From positions 62,001 through 126,000 of the forward strand of contig NIVC01000446.1 of assembly GCA_002269645.1 (NCBI GenBank): a DNA stretch of 64,000 nucleotides, in the 5' to 3' direction. Positions 1-12,099 of this stretch are shown piece after piece; position 1 is the stretch's first letter; the number at the start of each line of letters is the position of its first letter. Source of the DNA: Macrostomum lignano (taxonomy: Eukaryota). Both the position numbers and the translations under genes were made by a program. The notes under the pieces were generated by a model, which was given only the letters and a program-made list of their open reading frames with translations, was not told the DNA's origin and ran no database searches.

Positions 1-1334
1 CTTGGTGCTAAAGCCCCTTGGTGCTAAAGCCCCTTGGTGCTAAAGCCCCTTGGTGCTAAAGCCCCTTGGTGCTAAAGCCCCTTGGTGCTAAAGCCCCTTG
101 GTGCTAAAGCCCCTTGGTGCTAAAGCCCCTTGGTGCTAAAGCCCCTTGGTGCTAAAGCCCCTTGGTGCTAAAGCCCCTTGGTGCTAAAGCCCCTTGGTGC
201 TAAAGCCCCTTGGTGCTAAAGCCCCTTGGTGCTAAAGCCCCTTGGTGCTAAAGCCCCTTGGTGCTAAAGCCCCTTGGTGCTAAAGCCCCTTGGTGCTAAA
301 GCCCCTTGGTGCTAAAGCCCCTTGGTGCTAAAGCCCCTTGGTGCTAAAGCCCCTTGGTGCTAAAGCCCCTTGGTGCTAAAGCCCCTTGGTGCTAAAGCCC
401 CTTGGTGCTAAAGCCCCTTGGTGCTAAAGCCCCTTGGTGCTAAAGCCCCTTGGTGCTAAAGCCCCCTTGGTGCTAAAGCCCCTTGGTGCTGGCGCCCCTT
501 GGTGCTAAAGCCCCTTGGTGCTAAAGCCCCTTGGTGCTAAAGCCCCTTGGTGCTAAAGCCCCTTGGTGCTAAAGCCCCTTGGTGCTAAAGCCCCTTGGTG
601 CTAAAGCCCCTTGGTGCTAAAGCCCCTTGGTGCTAAAGCCCCTTGGTGCTAAAGCCCCTTGGTGCTAAAGCCCCTTGGTGCTAAAGCCCCTTGGTGCTGC
701 GCCCCTTGGTGCTAAAGCCCCCTTGGTGCTAAAGCCCCTTGGTGCTAAAGCCCCTTGGTGCTAAAGCCCCTTGGTGCTAAAGCCCCTTGGTGCTAAAGCC
801 CCTTGGTGCTAAAGCCCCCTTGGTGCTAAAGCCCCTTGGTGCTAAAGCCCCTTGGTGCTAAAGCCCCTTGGTGCTAAAGCCCCTTGGTGCTAAAGCCCCT
901 TGGTGCTAAAGCCCCTTGGTGCTAAAGCCCCTTGGTGCTAAAGCCCCTTGGTGCTAAAGCCCCTTGGTGCTGGCGCCCCTTGGTGCTGGCGCCCCTTGGT
1001 GCTGGCGCCCCTTGGTGCTAAAGCCCCTTGGTGCTAAAGCCCCTTGGTGCTAAAGCCCCTTGGTGCTAAAGCCCCTTGGTGCTAAAGCCCCTTGGTGCTA
1101 AAGCCCCTTGGTGCTAAAGCCCCTTGGTGCTAAAGCCCCTTGGTGCTAAAGCCCCTTGGTGCTAAAGCCCCTTGGTGCTAAAGCCCCTTGGTGCTAAAGC
1201 CCCTTGGTGCTGGCGCCCCTTGGTGCTAAAGCCCCCTTGGTGCTAAAGCCCCTTGGTGCTGGCGCCCCTTGGTGCTAAAGCCCCCTTGGTGCTAAAGCCC
1301 CTTGGTGCTAAAGCCCCTTGGTGCTAAAGCCCCT
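1..1334 (+). repeat. 16-bp satellite CCCCTTGGTGCT(AAAG/GGCG), mostly the AAAG variant; runs off the window start
   Basis: Direct tandem repetition; scattered GGCG variant units (e.g. ~491, 971-1007, 1211, 1261). Confidence 0.98.
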
Positions 1335-2155
1335 GGTCCCTCAAATGTCACCCACCAATTAAAACTCGTGCCTACGCCGGATTGTTATGAATCCTCTGCT
1401 TCATCTTTTCCAACAAAAGCTCTTACATCACTGTCAACCAAATCTATAAAACCTATAAAACCGCCTTCATTTGATTCCTTCAAAATCGCGAGCGTACGAG
1501 CGTATTCTATCCAGCCAATCCCAGGTACTTATAAAAAACTGTCATTAAATCAACAATTTGGAAATTAAAACAGTTTTTAAGGATTCGAGAATTTTCCTTC
1601 TTGGGTGCTAGGCAATTTGCCTGATTGAAAGATGAACCTGTAGAAGTGGATTGTCGAATGATTAATCACATCCGTAGCCGATTTTTATAAAAATTAATTC
1701 AAACGAGCAACGAATTAATATTTGAGAAAGGCAGCAGGATGTTTTTGCTTTTTTACCTTAAACAAGCAGAAGACTTATTAGTGCATTCGGGAAATTTCTG
1801 CGACGACGTGAACCGCCCCTCAGTGCCCCTGCACTGTCGAGTAACTGATTTTTTCATCGAATTTCCCATGTGACTTCAGCCGGAGAAATAGGGGCTCCCG
1901 CATTCGATCGGGCATCAGCAGTTTTTTTGCATTGCTCACTATGATTCGAGCATCAGGGCAGGTTAGAGCAATGTCAGTATTGTGAAAACATTCCTGTTGC
2001 TTTTTTGCTTCTATCCTAAATGGATTCTTCGCTTTCTGAGCATTGCTTGCTTTTCTACGAGTATATATCATGCCTGCTTTCACTGCCGCTCTTGTCTTTA
2101 TACCGTACTTGGACCCTTTTCCACTGCCTCCCTTATCTCCCTGTCTCTGCCCTTT

Positions 2156-3430
2156 CTCCTGTCTCTTCTCTCCTTCCTGCCTTCTTCCTGTCTCTCCTCT
2201 CCTGCCCCTCTCTCCTTCCTTTCTCTCTCTCCTGTCTCTTCTCTCCTTCCTGCCTTCTTCCTGTCTCTCCTCTCCTGCCCCTCTCTCCTTCCTTTCTCTC
2301 TCTCCTGTCTCTTCTCTCCTTCCTGCCTTCTTCCTGTCTCTCCTCTCCTGCCCCTCTCTCCTTCCTTTCTCTCTCTCCTGTCTCTTCTCTCCTTCCTGCC
2401 TTCTTCCTGTCTCTCCTCTCCTGCCCCTCTCTCCTTCCTTTCTCTCTCTCCTGTCTCTTCTCTCCTTCCTGCCTTCTTCCTGTCTCTCCTCTCCTGCCCC
2501 TCTCTCCTTCCTTTCTCTCTCTCCTGTCTCTTCTCTCCTTCCTGCCTTCTTCCTGTCTCTCCTCTCCTGCCCCTCTCTCCTTCCTTTCTCTCTCTCCTGT
2601 CTCTTCTCTCCTTCCTGCCTTCTTCCTGTCTCTCCTCTCCTGCCCCTCTCTCCTTCCTTTCTCTCTCTCCTGTCTCTTCTCTCCTTCCTGCCTTCTTCCT
2701 GTCTCTCCTCTCCTGCCCCTCTCTCCTTCCTTTCTCTCTCTCCTGTCTCTTCTCTCCTTCCTGCCTTCTTCCTGTCTCTCCTCTCCTGCCCCTCTCTCCT
2801 TCCTTTCTCTCTCTCCTGTCTCTTCTCTCCTTCCTGCCTTCTTCCTGTCTCTCCTCTCCTGCCCCTCTCTCCTTCCTTTCTCTCTCTCCTGTCTCTTCTC
2901 TCCTTCCTGCCTTCTTCCTGTCTCTCCTCTCCTGCCCCTCTCTCCTTCCTTTCTCTCTCTCCTGTCTCTTCTCTCCTTCCTGCCTTCTTCCTGTCTCTCC
3001 TCTCCTGCCCCTCTCTCCTTCCTTTCTCTCTCTCCTGTCTCTTCTCTCCTTCCTGCCTTCTTCCTGTCTCTCCTCTCCTGCCCCTCTCTCATTCCTTTCT
3101 CTCTCTCCTGTCTCTTCTCTCCTTCCTGCCTTCTTCCTGTCTCTCCTCTCCTGCCCCTCTCTCCTTCCTTTCTCTCTCTCCTGTCTCTTCTCTCCTTCCT
3201 GCCTTCTTCCTGTCTCTCCTCTCCTGCCCCTCTCTCCTTCCTTTCTCTCTCTCCTGTCTCTTCTCTCCTTCCTGCCTTCTTCCTGTCTCTCCTCTCCTGC
3301 CCCTCTCTCCTTCCTGCCTTCTTCCTATCTCTCCCTCTCCTTCCTGTCTCTCTCCTTCCCCTGTCTCTCTCTCTCTCCTGTCTCTCCCTCTCCTGTCTCT
3401 CTCTTCTTCCTGTCTCTTCTCTCCTTCCTG
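2156..3430 (+). repeat. 73-bp polypyrimidine minisatellite (~16 near-perfect copies, degenerate tail)
   Basis: Unit CTCCTGTCTCTTCTCTCCTTCCTGCCTTCTTCCTGTCTCTCCTCTCCTGCCCCTCTCTCCTTCCTTTCTCTCT; the 73-aa periodicity of the overlapping ORFs equals 3 x 73 nt. Confidence 0.95.
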
Positions 3431-4679
3431 TGTCTACCTCTCCTTCTTTTCACTCCCCTTTGGTTTTGGTCTTCCTCTCCGACTCTTACTTCCACAATCT
3501 TCTACCTTCTCCATTTCGCCATCTTTCTTTTGCATCTCTATCCATCCGCTTTCCACTACAATTAGCTAATCTATTTCTGTCACAATGGAAAGGTCTTTCA
3601 TCAGTGCATGAACACAGCCGATCATTACTACAAGCGATTGCATATTTGTGCCAAGAATTTCATCTTTACAGTCGTGTTATTACGCAAGCAAGAAGGTTAT
3701 TAATGCAGCTCGCACCATCATTTCGAGCCGTCTGACGGGCTGATCCGTCAGAATTCTGAGACGCTGCATGGAAAAAACTTTTGGAGTTGGCACGACCGCC
3801 CTAATTATAAGCAGCGCAGGTAGGAACCCTGCTGTGAAACTAATATAGAACAGAGAAATCTAATAGTATAGTAGAGCTCCGAGCTCTCTTCAAATTAGAC
3901 TCATTTCGTGCTCTTCTGTGTCTTGCGTCTGACTTTTTCCTGCATCTTACAATAAAGCATATCATTTTTCAGTTGCTTTCTCCCCTCTGCAATTTTGCAT
4001 TAAGCTGCAGAACGAGGTTTTCTGTCTCATGCAGTCTGTCCCATTCTTTTGCTCCAAGCTATCGGAAAAATATTTTTAGAACACAACTGCGACTGGGATC
4101 GAGTTTGACGCAAATTCTACTCTCTTACATGTAAAAATATACCTTTTGTTCTCTGAAGAGGCACATAGAAAACTGACTGCCATGCCAGAGAGAACTACAG
4201 CTGACTTTACAAGGTCATAATTTTCATGAAGGGGGCAAAGTAAAGTGAGAGATAGATTTAACTAAACATATTTAGTTTTAGCTCAATTTTATGGGACAAC
4301 TTTTAATAGGTAGAAAAACTATCTGTAAGTGCTATAGGCTATAGAAATTCTGGCGATGGGAGTTTTATCTCCTTTCTCCTCCAACGGAGGAGTTCCGCTC
4401 GTATACAACTAAATCTGCTTCAAAAGAAAAGTCCTTTTGATAAGTATAACTTTGATTACCTTTAAAAGCAAAGCAGATCTTCTGCCAGTCACATCACCAA
4501 ATTCTGAATGATCTACGAGTAGTTTATTAGATTGTTTCTAGTTACGCTTGCAAAAATGTTTTCATTCTGAACTGACTTTTTTGTTCCAAACAAAACCAGC
4601 TCTGTGGAATATCATTAACTTACAGCCAAAGGACAACAAAAATGTTTTTGATATTAAAAATTTTATGTTTGCAAAGTAC

Positions 4680-4975
4680 TCATAATAATTATGATTGATT
4701 ACACCTGCCCTAATGGCCAGATGTGCAACCGACAGCTCAGCCGCAGCTATTGCGTGGCGCATCTGAAGGCTGCATACGGCTGTGGGGGTCGCCACACCAG
4801 CCTCAATTACCCAAGCTACGTCGTAATGCTGTCACCCATTTTACAGCTGTGTGAACTGAAGCAATGCAGAGTTAAGTGCCTCACTCGAGAGCACAAATTT
4901 TTCCGAATGGGATCGAGAATCGAACCCCTGACCTTTTTGAGGTGCGTCCGACGCTCTAACCACTAGGAGCTACAA
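4680..4975 (-). mobile_element. tRNA-derived SINE with CORE-like central domain
   Basis: Minus strand: A-box-like TAGCTCCTAGTGGTTAGAGC (~4972-4953) and B box GGTTCGATTC (~4926-4917), then GAGGCACTTAACTCTGCATTGCTTCAGTTCACACAGCTGTAAAATGGG (4882-4835), which resembles the MIR/CORE consensus recalled from memory; ends in an AAT-rich tail. Confidence 0.65.
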
Positions 4976-5832
4976 CATAGTCTGCATGTACAAGCGTACG
5001 CATGTTGCGAGATTCGAGATTTTAAACTGGAAGGCATGGAGACTGTTGAACTTTAAAACTAGATCGCGCTGAGAAGAACTGCCTTCTAACAAAATAGAAC
5101 AGAAATTGTGATCAATTTTATTAAATTAGACGCAAAATTCACTCATCGGCTGTTTGTAAACTGAAAACATTCAGCCCTTCGGTAATCAATAACCATTGTT
5201 TGGTTAATTTCCTGCTTGCAACACTAATAATAGAAGAATATTATGAATTTCAAAAACCTAGCTGTAGGATAATTGAACAGTCAAGTCAGGTGAGTTCATT
5301 GAAGTTCACCGCACTAGAATAGTCAGTGTACTGATGCAACGTCAGAGAGAGGGTAGTCCATCGATTTTTGATCTATTGACTTGCAAAAGCGCGGCACTTT
5401 TCAAAGTCGTCCTTTGAAGTTTACCGCTCTTCTCTCAACTTCCTTTTTTTTCAAATTGACTTCAAACTCAAAAAAGAAAATGAAAGAAATGAATGTAGGA
5501 GCATCTTGGTGTCCTTGAGCAATTAGTCAAGGTCAACGATAAATATAGTTGATAGAGCAGTTTTATTAAAACTTCTTCGGTTTAGTTTCAAAGTTTATTA
5601 GCGGCGTTTGTAGTTTTTCCGGCATATTATAGTAATTGAACTTAAGATCAGCAAATGAAATACATTGTCTGCACTTGATTCAAAATAGTTTAACAAGGTT
5701 TACAATAAAAAGCGTGTACTTTTCTGAAGATCGGTTAAGTAAGATTCTTTCTAATTTTCATTTTTGTCAAAAAGTGTCTCCTTTAACACCTCGTATCTAA
5801 AAAAGTAAAATATCGAACCAACTCTCAGATTC

Positions 5833-6443
5833 TGACCAGCTTGACCCACTCAGCCCTAACCAGCTTGACCCACTCAGCCCTGACCAGCTTGACCCACTCA
5901 GCCCCTGACCAGCCTGACCCACTCAGCCCCTGACCAGCTTGACCCACTCAGCCCCTGACCAGCCTGACCCACTCAGCCCCTGACCAGCTTGACCCACTCA
6001 GCCCCTGACCAGCCTGACCCACTCAGCCCCTGACCAGCTTGACCCACTCAGCCCTGACCAGCCTGACCCACTCAGCCCCTGACCAGCTTGACCCACTCAG
6101 CCCCTGACCAGCTTGACCCACTCACACCCTGACCAGCTTGACCCACTCAGCCCTGACCAGCCTGACCCACTCAGCCCCTGACCAGCTTGACCCACTCAGC
6201 CCCTGACCAGCTTGACCCACTCACACCCTGACCAGCTTGACCCACTCAGCCCTGACCAGCCTGACCCACTCAGCCCCTGACCAGCTTGACCCACTCAGCC
6301 CCTGACCAGCTTGACCCACTCAGCCCCTGACCAGCCTGACCCACTCAGCCCCTGACCAGCTTGACCCACTCAGCCCCTGACCAGCCTGACCCACTCAGCC
6401 CCTGACTAGCCTGACCCACTCAGCCCCTGACCAGCTTGACCCA
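5833..6443 (-). repeat. 25-26-bp minisatellite GTGGGTCA(A/G)GCTGGTCAGGG(G)CTGA, ~24 copies, abutting the lectin gene 3' end
   Basis: Direct tandem repetition; the unit equals the terminal codons plus TGA of the 6420 reading frame. Confidence 0.95.
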
Positions 6444-7152
6444 GTTCGGGCTGCTCTCGATTTCCGAGTCGACCGGAGCGTCGGCGAACTGCAGCAGGCG
6501 GCAGGCGGCCAGCCAGCTGTTGTACAGAGGGAGGCTCTGATCAGGCAGGCTTTCAGCGAGTCCACCGGTGCAGCTCCTCGTGGCAGTAGTACGTGTCGTT
6601 CCGGGTTCTCTTGAACTCAGCTGGAGTCCAGTAGCCGGCCGATTTGGTGGCGGCAGGCGGCTCCATGAACTGGCAGACGAAGCCGAGCAAATGGCTGCAT
6701 TCTCTGTCGCCGAATCCCTTACTTGGTACGTGTCCGATAAAACGAATGCAGTTCTGCTGAAAGCCGTCGTTCGGCTCACTACCATACCAGAGCGAGTCAT
6801 TTCTAGGAAACTCGCCATCGCCGTTGACTCTCTGCCAGCCTGTCCTGTTCTTTCCAACCTCGTAGCCCAGATCGGTGAGTCCAGTCCACATGTCAACCGT
6901 GATGTTGTCAGCCAGATTCGAGGCAAGCAGCGCAACGATGGACTCCGGCGAGCTGATAAGTTCTCCGCCCAGCTCATCGCACCTTCGGTTGGCGGAGCAC
7001 CAGCTGTAGCTCTCGCTGGACTCGATGAGCAGGCACAGCTGTGTGGCTGAGTGCAGCTGGAACGGAGCTGGGCAGTTCTGGTCAGTCATCACCGGGCCGA
7101 TCGTCAGCAAGAAAACTGCGGACCAGATCGCAGACAGCACAGTCAGATGCAT
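6420..7152 (-). pseudogene. Secreted C-type lectin (EPN motif) with a frameshifted PAN/apple-like C-terminal part; pseudogene or assembly indels
   Basis: ATG 7152, signal peptide MHLTVLSAIWSAVFLLTIG; CTLD motifs C..LGG.L, MWTGL, WYGSEPND, NC, DRECSHLLGFVCQ. The frame stops at 6553, but DSLKACLIR and YNSWLAACRLLQF continue in the other two frames to TGA at 6420. Confidence 0.8.
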
Positions 7153-7908
7153 GGGTATGCTTGGGATAGGATGCAACACTTTTTTAGCTGAGTAGGAAAT
7201 CTTCTGAGAGTTCCTGGGACTCCCTCTCAGGAGCGCAGGCGCTCTATTTTTCCGGAGAAGAGGAGTTTAGGTTTTGTTGCCATTGGTTACAGAGCTTTTA
7301 GGGGAATGCAGCTCCTGGACTATACGACAAACTTCCTATAGCGATACGGGCATGGGAGCTGGGAGTTGACACAGGCTTTGATACTGGTAGTTATGGGCTA
7401 CGACAATGGCCTATAGCGGGCTCCATGAGAGAATAGCGATAGGGGCTTCGCGTCTCTCTCCCATACTTCTTGTAGCTTTTTTCGTATCACATGCAATGAT
7501 TGAGTTCTAAACCAGCTCTTGATTTCTAGCTATCTATTAGTTGGAAATGTTGGAAATTTATTGTTGTAAAACGTCTTACTGTAAAACGCATCTTACTCAA
7601 AACATACGAATAATTTTTTAAGTATTTGATACGTGGTCAACCTTTTTTGGTAGGGACTTTAAGCGACACTGTCACACAACCCGCGAGAGGCATTGCTGCC
7701 CATTCCGCCGACTCCCCTGAGCAGGCACACATGCGCGCGGATGCGTACGCAGTCATACGCACAGGCACGCACTCACACAGGAGTGTACAGCGGCCCTAAC
7801 TTTCTAATCGTCAAAAATTTGTACACTGTCTGTGCCTTGGGGGTTGGCCTTCACGGGTGGTGAATCACACGAAAACCCCCCAGGCGAGTTTTAGGGCCTC
7901 AAATTAAT

Positions 7909-7966
7909 GCAGTTGAGCAGGGAATCGAAACGATAGTGTGATGCCCTAAACCACTAAGCTGCTCGA
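7909..7966 (-). other. Degenerate tRNA-like Pol III promoter (possible SINE head)
   Basis: Minus strand AGCTTAGTGGTTTAGGGCATC ... GTTTCGATTCCC resembles A and B boxes; no complete cloverleaf. Confidence 0.35.
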
Positions 7967-9029
7967 CTATGACTGCTTGGAATTAAATCAATTTGAGTCG
8001 AAGGCACCTCTCAGGAGTTTCGAGTAAATTAGCGCGTACGCTCGTAATATATGAATTTCAATACAACGAGTGAAATGTCTAATAAGTTACTGCGTGGGCG
8101 GGTTGCGGTGTGGGGGAGCACGGCAGAAAATGGAGAAAAAGTAATGGCGCTTAAATGGTATAGAAAAAAATCTGTCTGCAGTGAGCACGAGAGTCAGAAG
8201 GCCGTGCTCAGCTGTCTTGAAATGGGGAACTTTGAGATCGTCTCTTCCCAGATCCAGTACTCTTCAGAGCGCTTCAGTGCTCTCTGTGTTACTCATGGCC
8301 AGCTATATACACTCTATTTGGAAAGTGACTATTCAATAGGCGGTAGCCGCTTAATACATTTGAGCTGGAAGCACCCTTGCGAAGACACAAGGTCTAAATG
8401 GGAGCTCAAAGCCTTTCATTGAGAAATATAATACTTTAGAGCCGGTGTGTGGGCGTTTAAATTGGTATTAAGGAAGTTCTGCATTATATTAGCCTCTAAT
8501 ATGACCATATTTAAAGAATAAAGTTAATGCATTACACTCTCTAGTGGGTTTAAGCAAGTTTAAGAAATCGATTCAACTGGTAGTATATTCAAGAACCTTT
8601 TATATTAGACCTTTTGAGGCATGCATTTGGTTATTGATATCATAATTATTCGTGTGTCTGAATGTCACAATAAACTTCTTTGTGAGCAAAGAAATGTAGG
8701 CAAAAAGGCGTCACAATGGTCAATTCATTTTGTCTGTAAATAGTAATTTTTGAAAAATAACACCGCCCCTAACCTCATATTGAACCCGCTTAAACCCGCA
8801 TTCACCATCTGAGCTGGCAGATGGCACTGATTATAAACACTTGGCTATGCTCATAAGCCACCTGTTGCTGCCAATCAGTTTAGCTGCTTCGTGACAACGT
8901 CAGTGTTTTTGTAACGGCCATTCTGTTTGTATAGAAAGTACAATCATCATTGTTTTCCCTCCTTGCTATTCTATAGGACCGATTTATTACTTATTAGTTC
9001 AGTGGATTTGAACTGCTCACCTGACACCC

Positions 9030-9395
9030 GTTTTTGCACTAGCTGACACAATATTTACAGCCACTGAGACACCTGTTTCTGCTGTAGCTGACACAATATT
9101 TACAGCCACTGAGACACCTGTTTCTGCTGTAGCTGACACAATATTTACAGCCACTGAGACACTCATGTGTTTTGCTGTAGCTGACACAATATTTACAGCC
9201 ACTGAGACACTCATGTGTTTTGCAGTAGCTGACACAATATTTACAGCCACTGAGACACCTGTGTTTTGCAGTAGCTGACACAATATTTACAGCCACTGAG
9301 ACACTCATGTGTTTTGCAGTAGCTGACACAATATTTACAGCCACTGAGACACCCCTGTTTTTGCTGTAACTGACACAATTTACGGCCCACTGACA
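9030..9395 (+). repeat. 42-45-bp minisatellite, ~8 copies
   Basis: TAGCTGACACAATATTTACAGCCACTGAGACAC(CTGTTTCTGCTG/TCATGTGTTTTGCAG) repeated. Confidence 0.93.
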
Positions 9396-10230
9396 CATGC
9401 CTTCTAGCATTTAGCGTTCTACTGGGAAGTGTCTGCACATTCTTTAGTACTCTGTGTCTCGCTAGTTCGTCAATCCACAGATTCCCTTTCCTGCAGCATC
9501 TTGCTCATTGAAGCGAATGATTCAAATGGGAATTTTATTGATTCCTTTTCCTACTTGCAAGCGTGCGATGAACTGGGGTGGCGCAGGACCTGAGGCCCAC
9601 GAGCTATATTTAGATCTTACTGCCAGGACCGTGACCCCATCGAGACTGGCATGGGGCAGCTCCTCTGGCCCTTCTGGAGAGAAAAGGTTCAAAGTCAGTC
9701 ATGCTGTGTGACCCGAAGATCTTCGCTGACGGCATTAGCAGCCGTGCTAGTCTATATTTAGCTATAGGGCGCATAGACACGTTGCCAAGTTAGTCGAGAA
9801 GACGCTTTTGTGTGAGCGAAGGACCGCCTGCTCCTTCCAGCGCCCCAGTCTAATTGCGTTAGGAGAAATCGACCGACCAACTCGCGAGGCTTGTTCTTTT
9901 CTGTCTTGTTGTACTTTCAATATTTTCCGATTGCATGTATACCCCACATCATTTGCCCGTCAATGAGGTCATGGACTGTTCCAGTGAATGCGAGCTTGCA
10001 TCATCTACGAGTATGTTATTCTGCATCAATCAACAACAGATCAAATTATCCATCCAAAGTCTGAAAATATCCCGCGTCCCTCTGTAGCCATTTTTTGCTT
10101 GATTTGCTATCTAGTCGAAGGTTACAATTCCAAATTCCCTGTGAATTTTGCTGCAAAAACATCAGCCGAGATATAGGAGGTTGTAAAAAGCACTAATACT
10201 CGTAGATAATAAATATCCGATTAGGTTCAT

Positions 10231-10974
10231 AAACTTGTGAATCAATTTCGGTTGATAAACTTGTGAATCAATCTCGGTTGATAAACTTGTGAATCAATCT
10301 CGGTTGATAAACTTGTGAATCAATCTCGGTTGATAAACTTGTGAATCAATCTCGGTTGATAAACTTGTGAATCAATCTCGGTTGATAAACTTGTGAATCA
10401 ATCTCGGTTGATAAACTTGTGAATCAATCTCGGTTGATAAACTTGTAAATCAATCTCGGTTGATAAACTTGTGAATCAATCTCGGTTGATAAACTTGTGA
10501 ATCAATCTCGGTTGATAAACTTGTGAATCAATCTCGGTTGATAAACTTGTGAATCAATCACGGTTGATAAACTTGTGAATCAATCTTGGTTGATAAGCTT
10601 GTGAATCAATCTTGGTTGATAAGCTTGTGAATCAATCTCGGTTGATAAACTTGTGAATCAATCTTGGTTGATAAGCTTGTGAATCAATCTTGGTTGATAA
10701 GCTTGTGAATCAATCTCGGTTGATAAACTTGTGAATCAATCTTGGTTGATAAGCTTGTGAATCAATCTCGGTTGATAAACTTGTGAATCAATCACGGTTG
10801 ATAAACTTGTGAATCAATCTTGGTTGATAAGCTTGTGAATCAATCTTGGTTGATAAGCTTGTGAATCAATCTCGGTTGATAAACTTGTGAATCAATCTTG
10901 GTTGATAAGCTTGTGAATCAATCTTGGTTGATAAGCTTGTGAATCAATCTTGGTTGATAAACTTGTGAATCAAA
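10231..10974 (+). repeat. 26-bp minisatellite AAACTTGTGAATCAATCTCGGTTGAT, ~28 copies
   Basis: Direct repetition; internal ATCAA..TTGAT inverted motif; the AAGCTT/CTTGG variant appears only from ~10585 on. Confidence 0.97.
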
Positions 10975-12099
10975 CTCGAAAGGAACACATGCCTGCTTAA
11001 GAACAATTGACAATTCCAGAAGGTGAGGTCGTGGGAATTTAGTGCTAAAATATCCATCTTGCTAATAAATTTTGCTGCAAAAACTGACCTCCAGCAGGAT
11101 TTGCACGATCTGCGAGTGTAGCGTCCTTGTACTTTAGTGTGGGGGCGTTGGAGGCGGAGTCAGACATGCTAATCGTGACATTGCTTCTGGACTACAAGAC
11201 GAATTCTCTCACTTTTAAAAATATTCCTTTCACGTAGAAATTGCTGAATTTTTATGACAAATCGCTTAAGCTGGACAGAGGCGAGAATGAGGGGGCGTTC
11301 GAAAGATAAAAAAGGTCTTTGAGTCGGTGGGGGGCGTGGAACTCAAGACAAGAGAAAACGTCGTTCTTTGAATTTTAAGATGAGGAAATGAAAACGAACG
11401 CCAACTCTTGGAAACGAACTCTTTCCCGTGCTCATAAAATCTAAAAATAAGAAATCTGCGCAAATCTCTCTCCTTTATGGAGAGATCCTCTGTGGATTAT
11501 TTGGTAATCCAATATTTGAGTTGAGACTACCGGCTCGCGGATGCGTCTTAAAAGAAAAATCTTGTGACTAAGACGAAAAACGAGAGCTCGGAGAGGCAGC
11601 ACGGGGTAGAACAGCAGATGTTCTGACGGGCTGAAAGCACTTTCCTCTAGCTGGCTTCAACTTACTTTTCTTCCCGATAATAAATCGTTCGAGACACCGA
11701 AAGAAATTCTTAAAAAACGGATTTTTCTGTAATTTTTAAACAGCTTCACATTTTGGCAAGCGCAGCTTTGCACTGTAGGCGTTATTACAAATTATATTTA
11801 TGTAAGATGTAGTTCAATTCGTCAAAATTCAATTTATTCGCGTGAACAATTGAGGCAGGCAACAAAGTGGCAAGTCAATAATGTTGTGTAGCTTCAGTTG
11901 GAAAAAATATTTCGATTGTACAAACGGGAGTACATGATTTATGATGCGAGTAGCTACACAATGGAAGTGAACGAATTATGAACCTGTTTTTTGCATTACT
12001 GTTTAAACGTCTTGTGCGAGAAAGAGCATTAGAGCGTAGGGAATCATTATTAGCTGGGGTTAATAAGGGGGCGCTGGGGTGTTAACTACTATGAGTAGT

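Noticed and set aside
1-1334. Telomere-like array at the window edge
   Set aside because: The 16-bp unit is not a TTAGGG-type repeat and recurs internally.
1982-3735. 500-570-aa Leu/Ser-rich ORFs in three frames and an Arg/Glu-rich antisense ORF
   Set aside because: Translations of a 73-bp purine-poor tandem repeat that cannot form stop codons.
4691-4966. Cys-rich 91-aa ORF
   Set aside because: Antisense to the SINE; no splice support.
4905-4975. Functional tRNA gene
   Set aside because: Anticodon and acceptor stems do not pair; treated as a SINE head.
10231-10974. Partly palindromic 26-bp repeat suggestive of CRISPR
   Set aside because: No unique spacers, no cas genes, eukaryotic context; the same holds for the other arrays.
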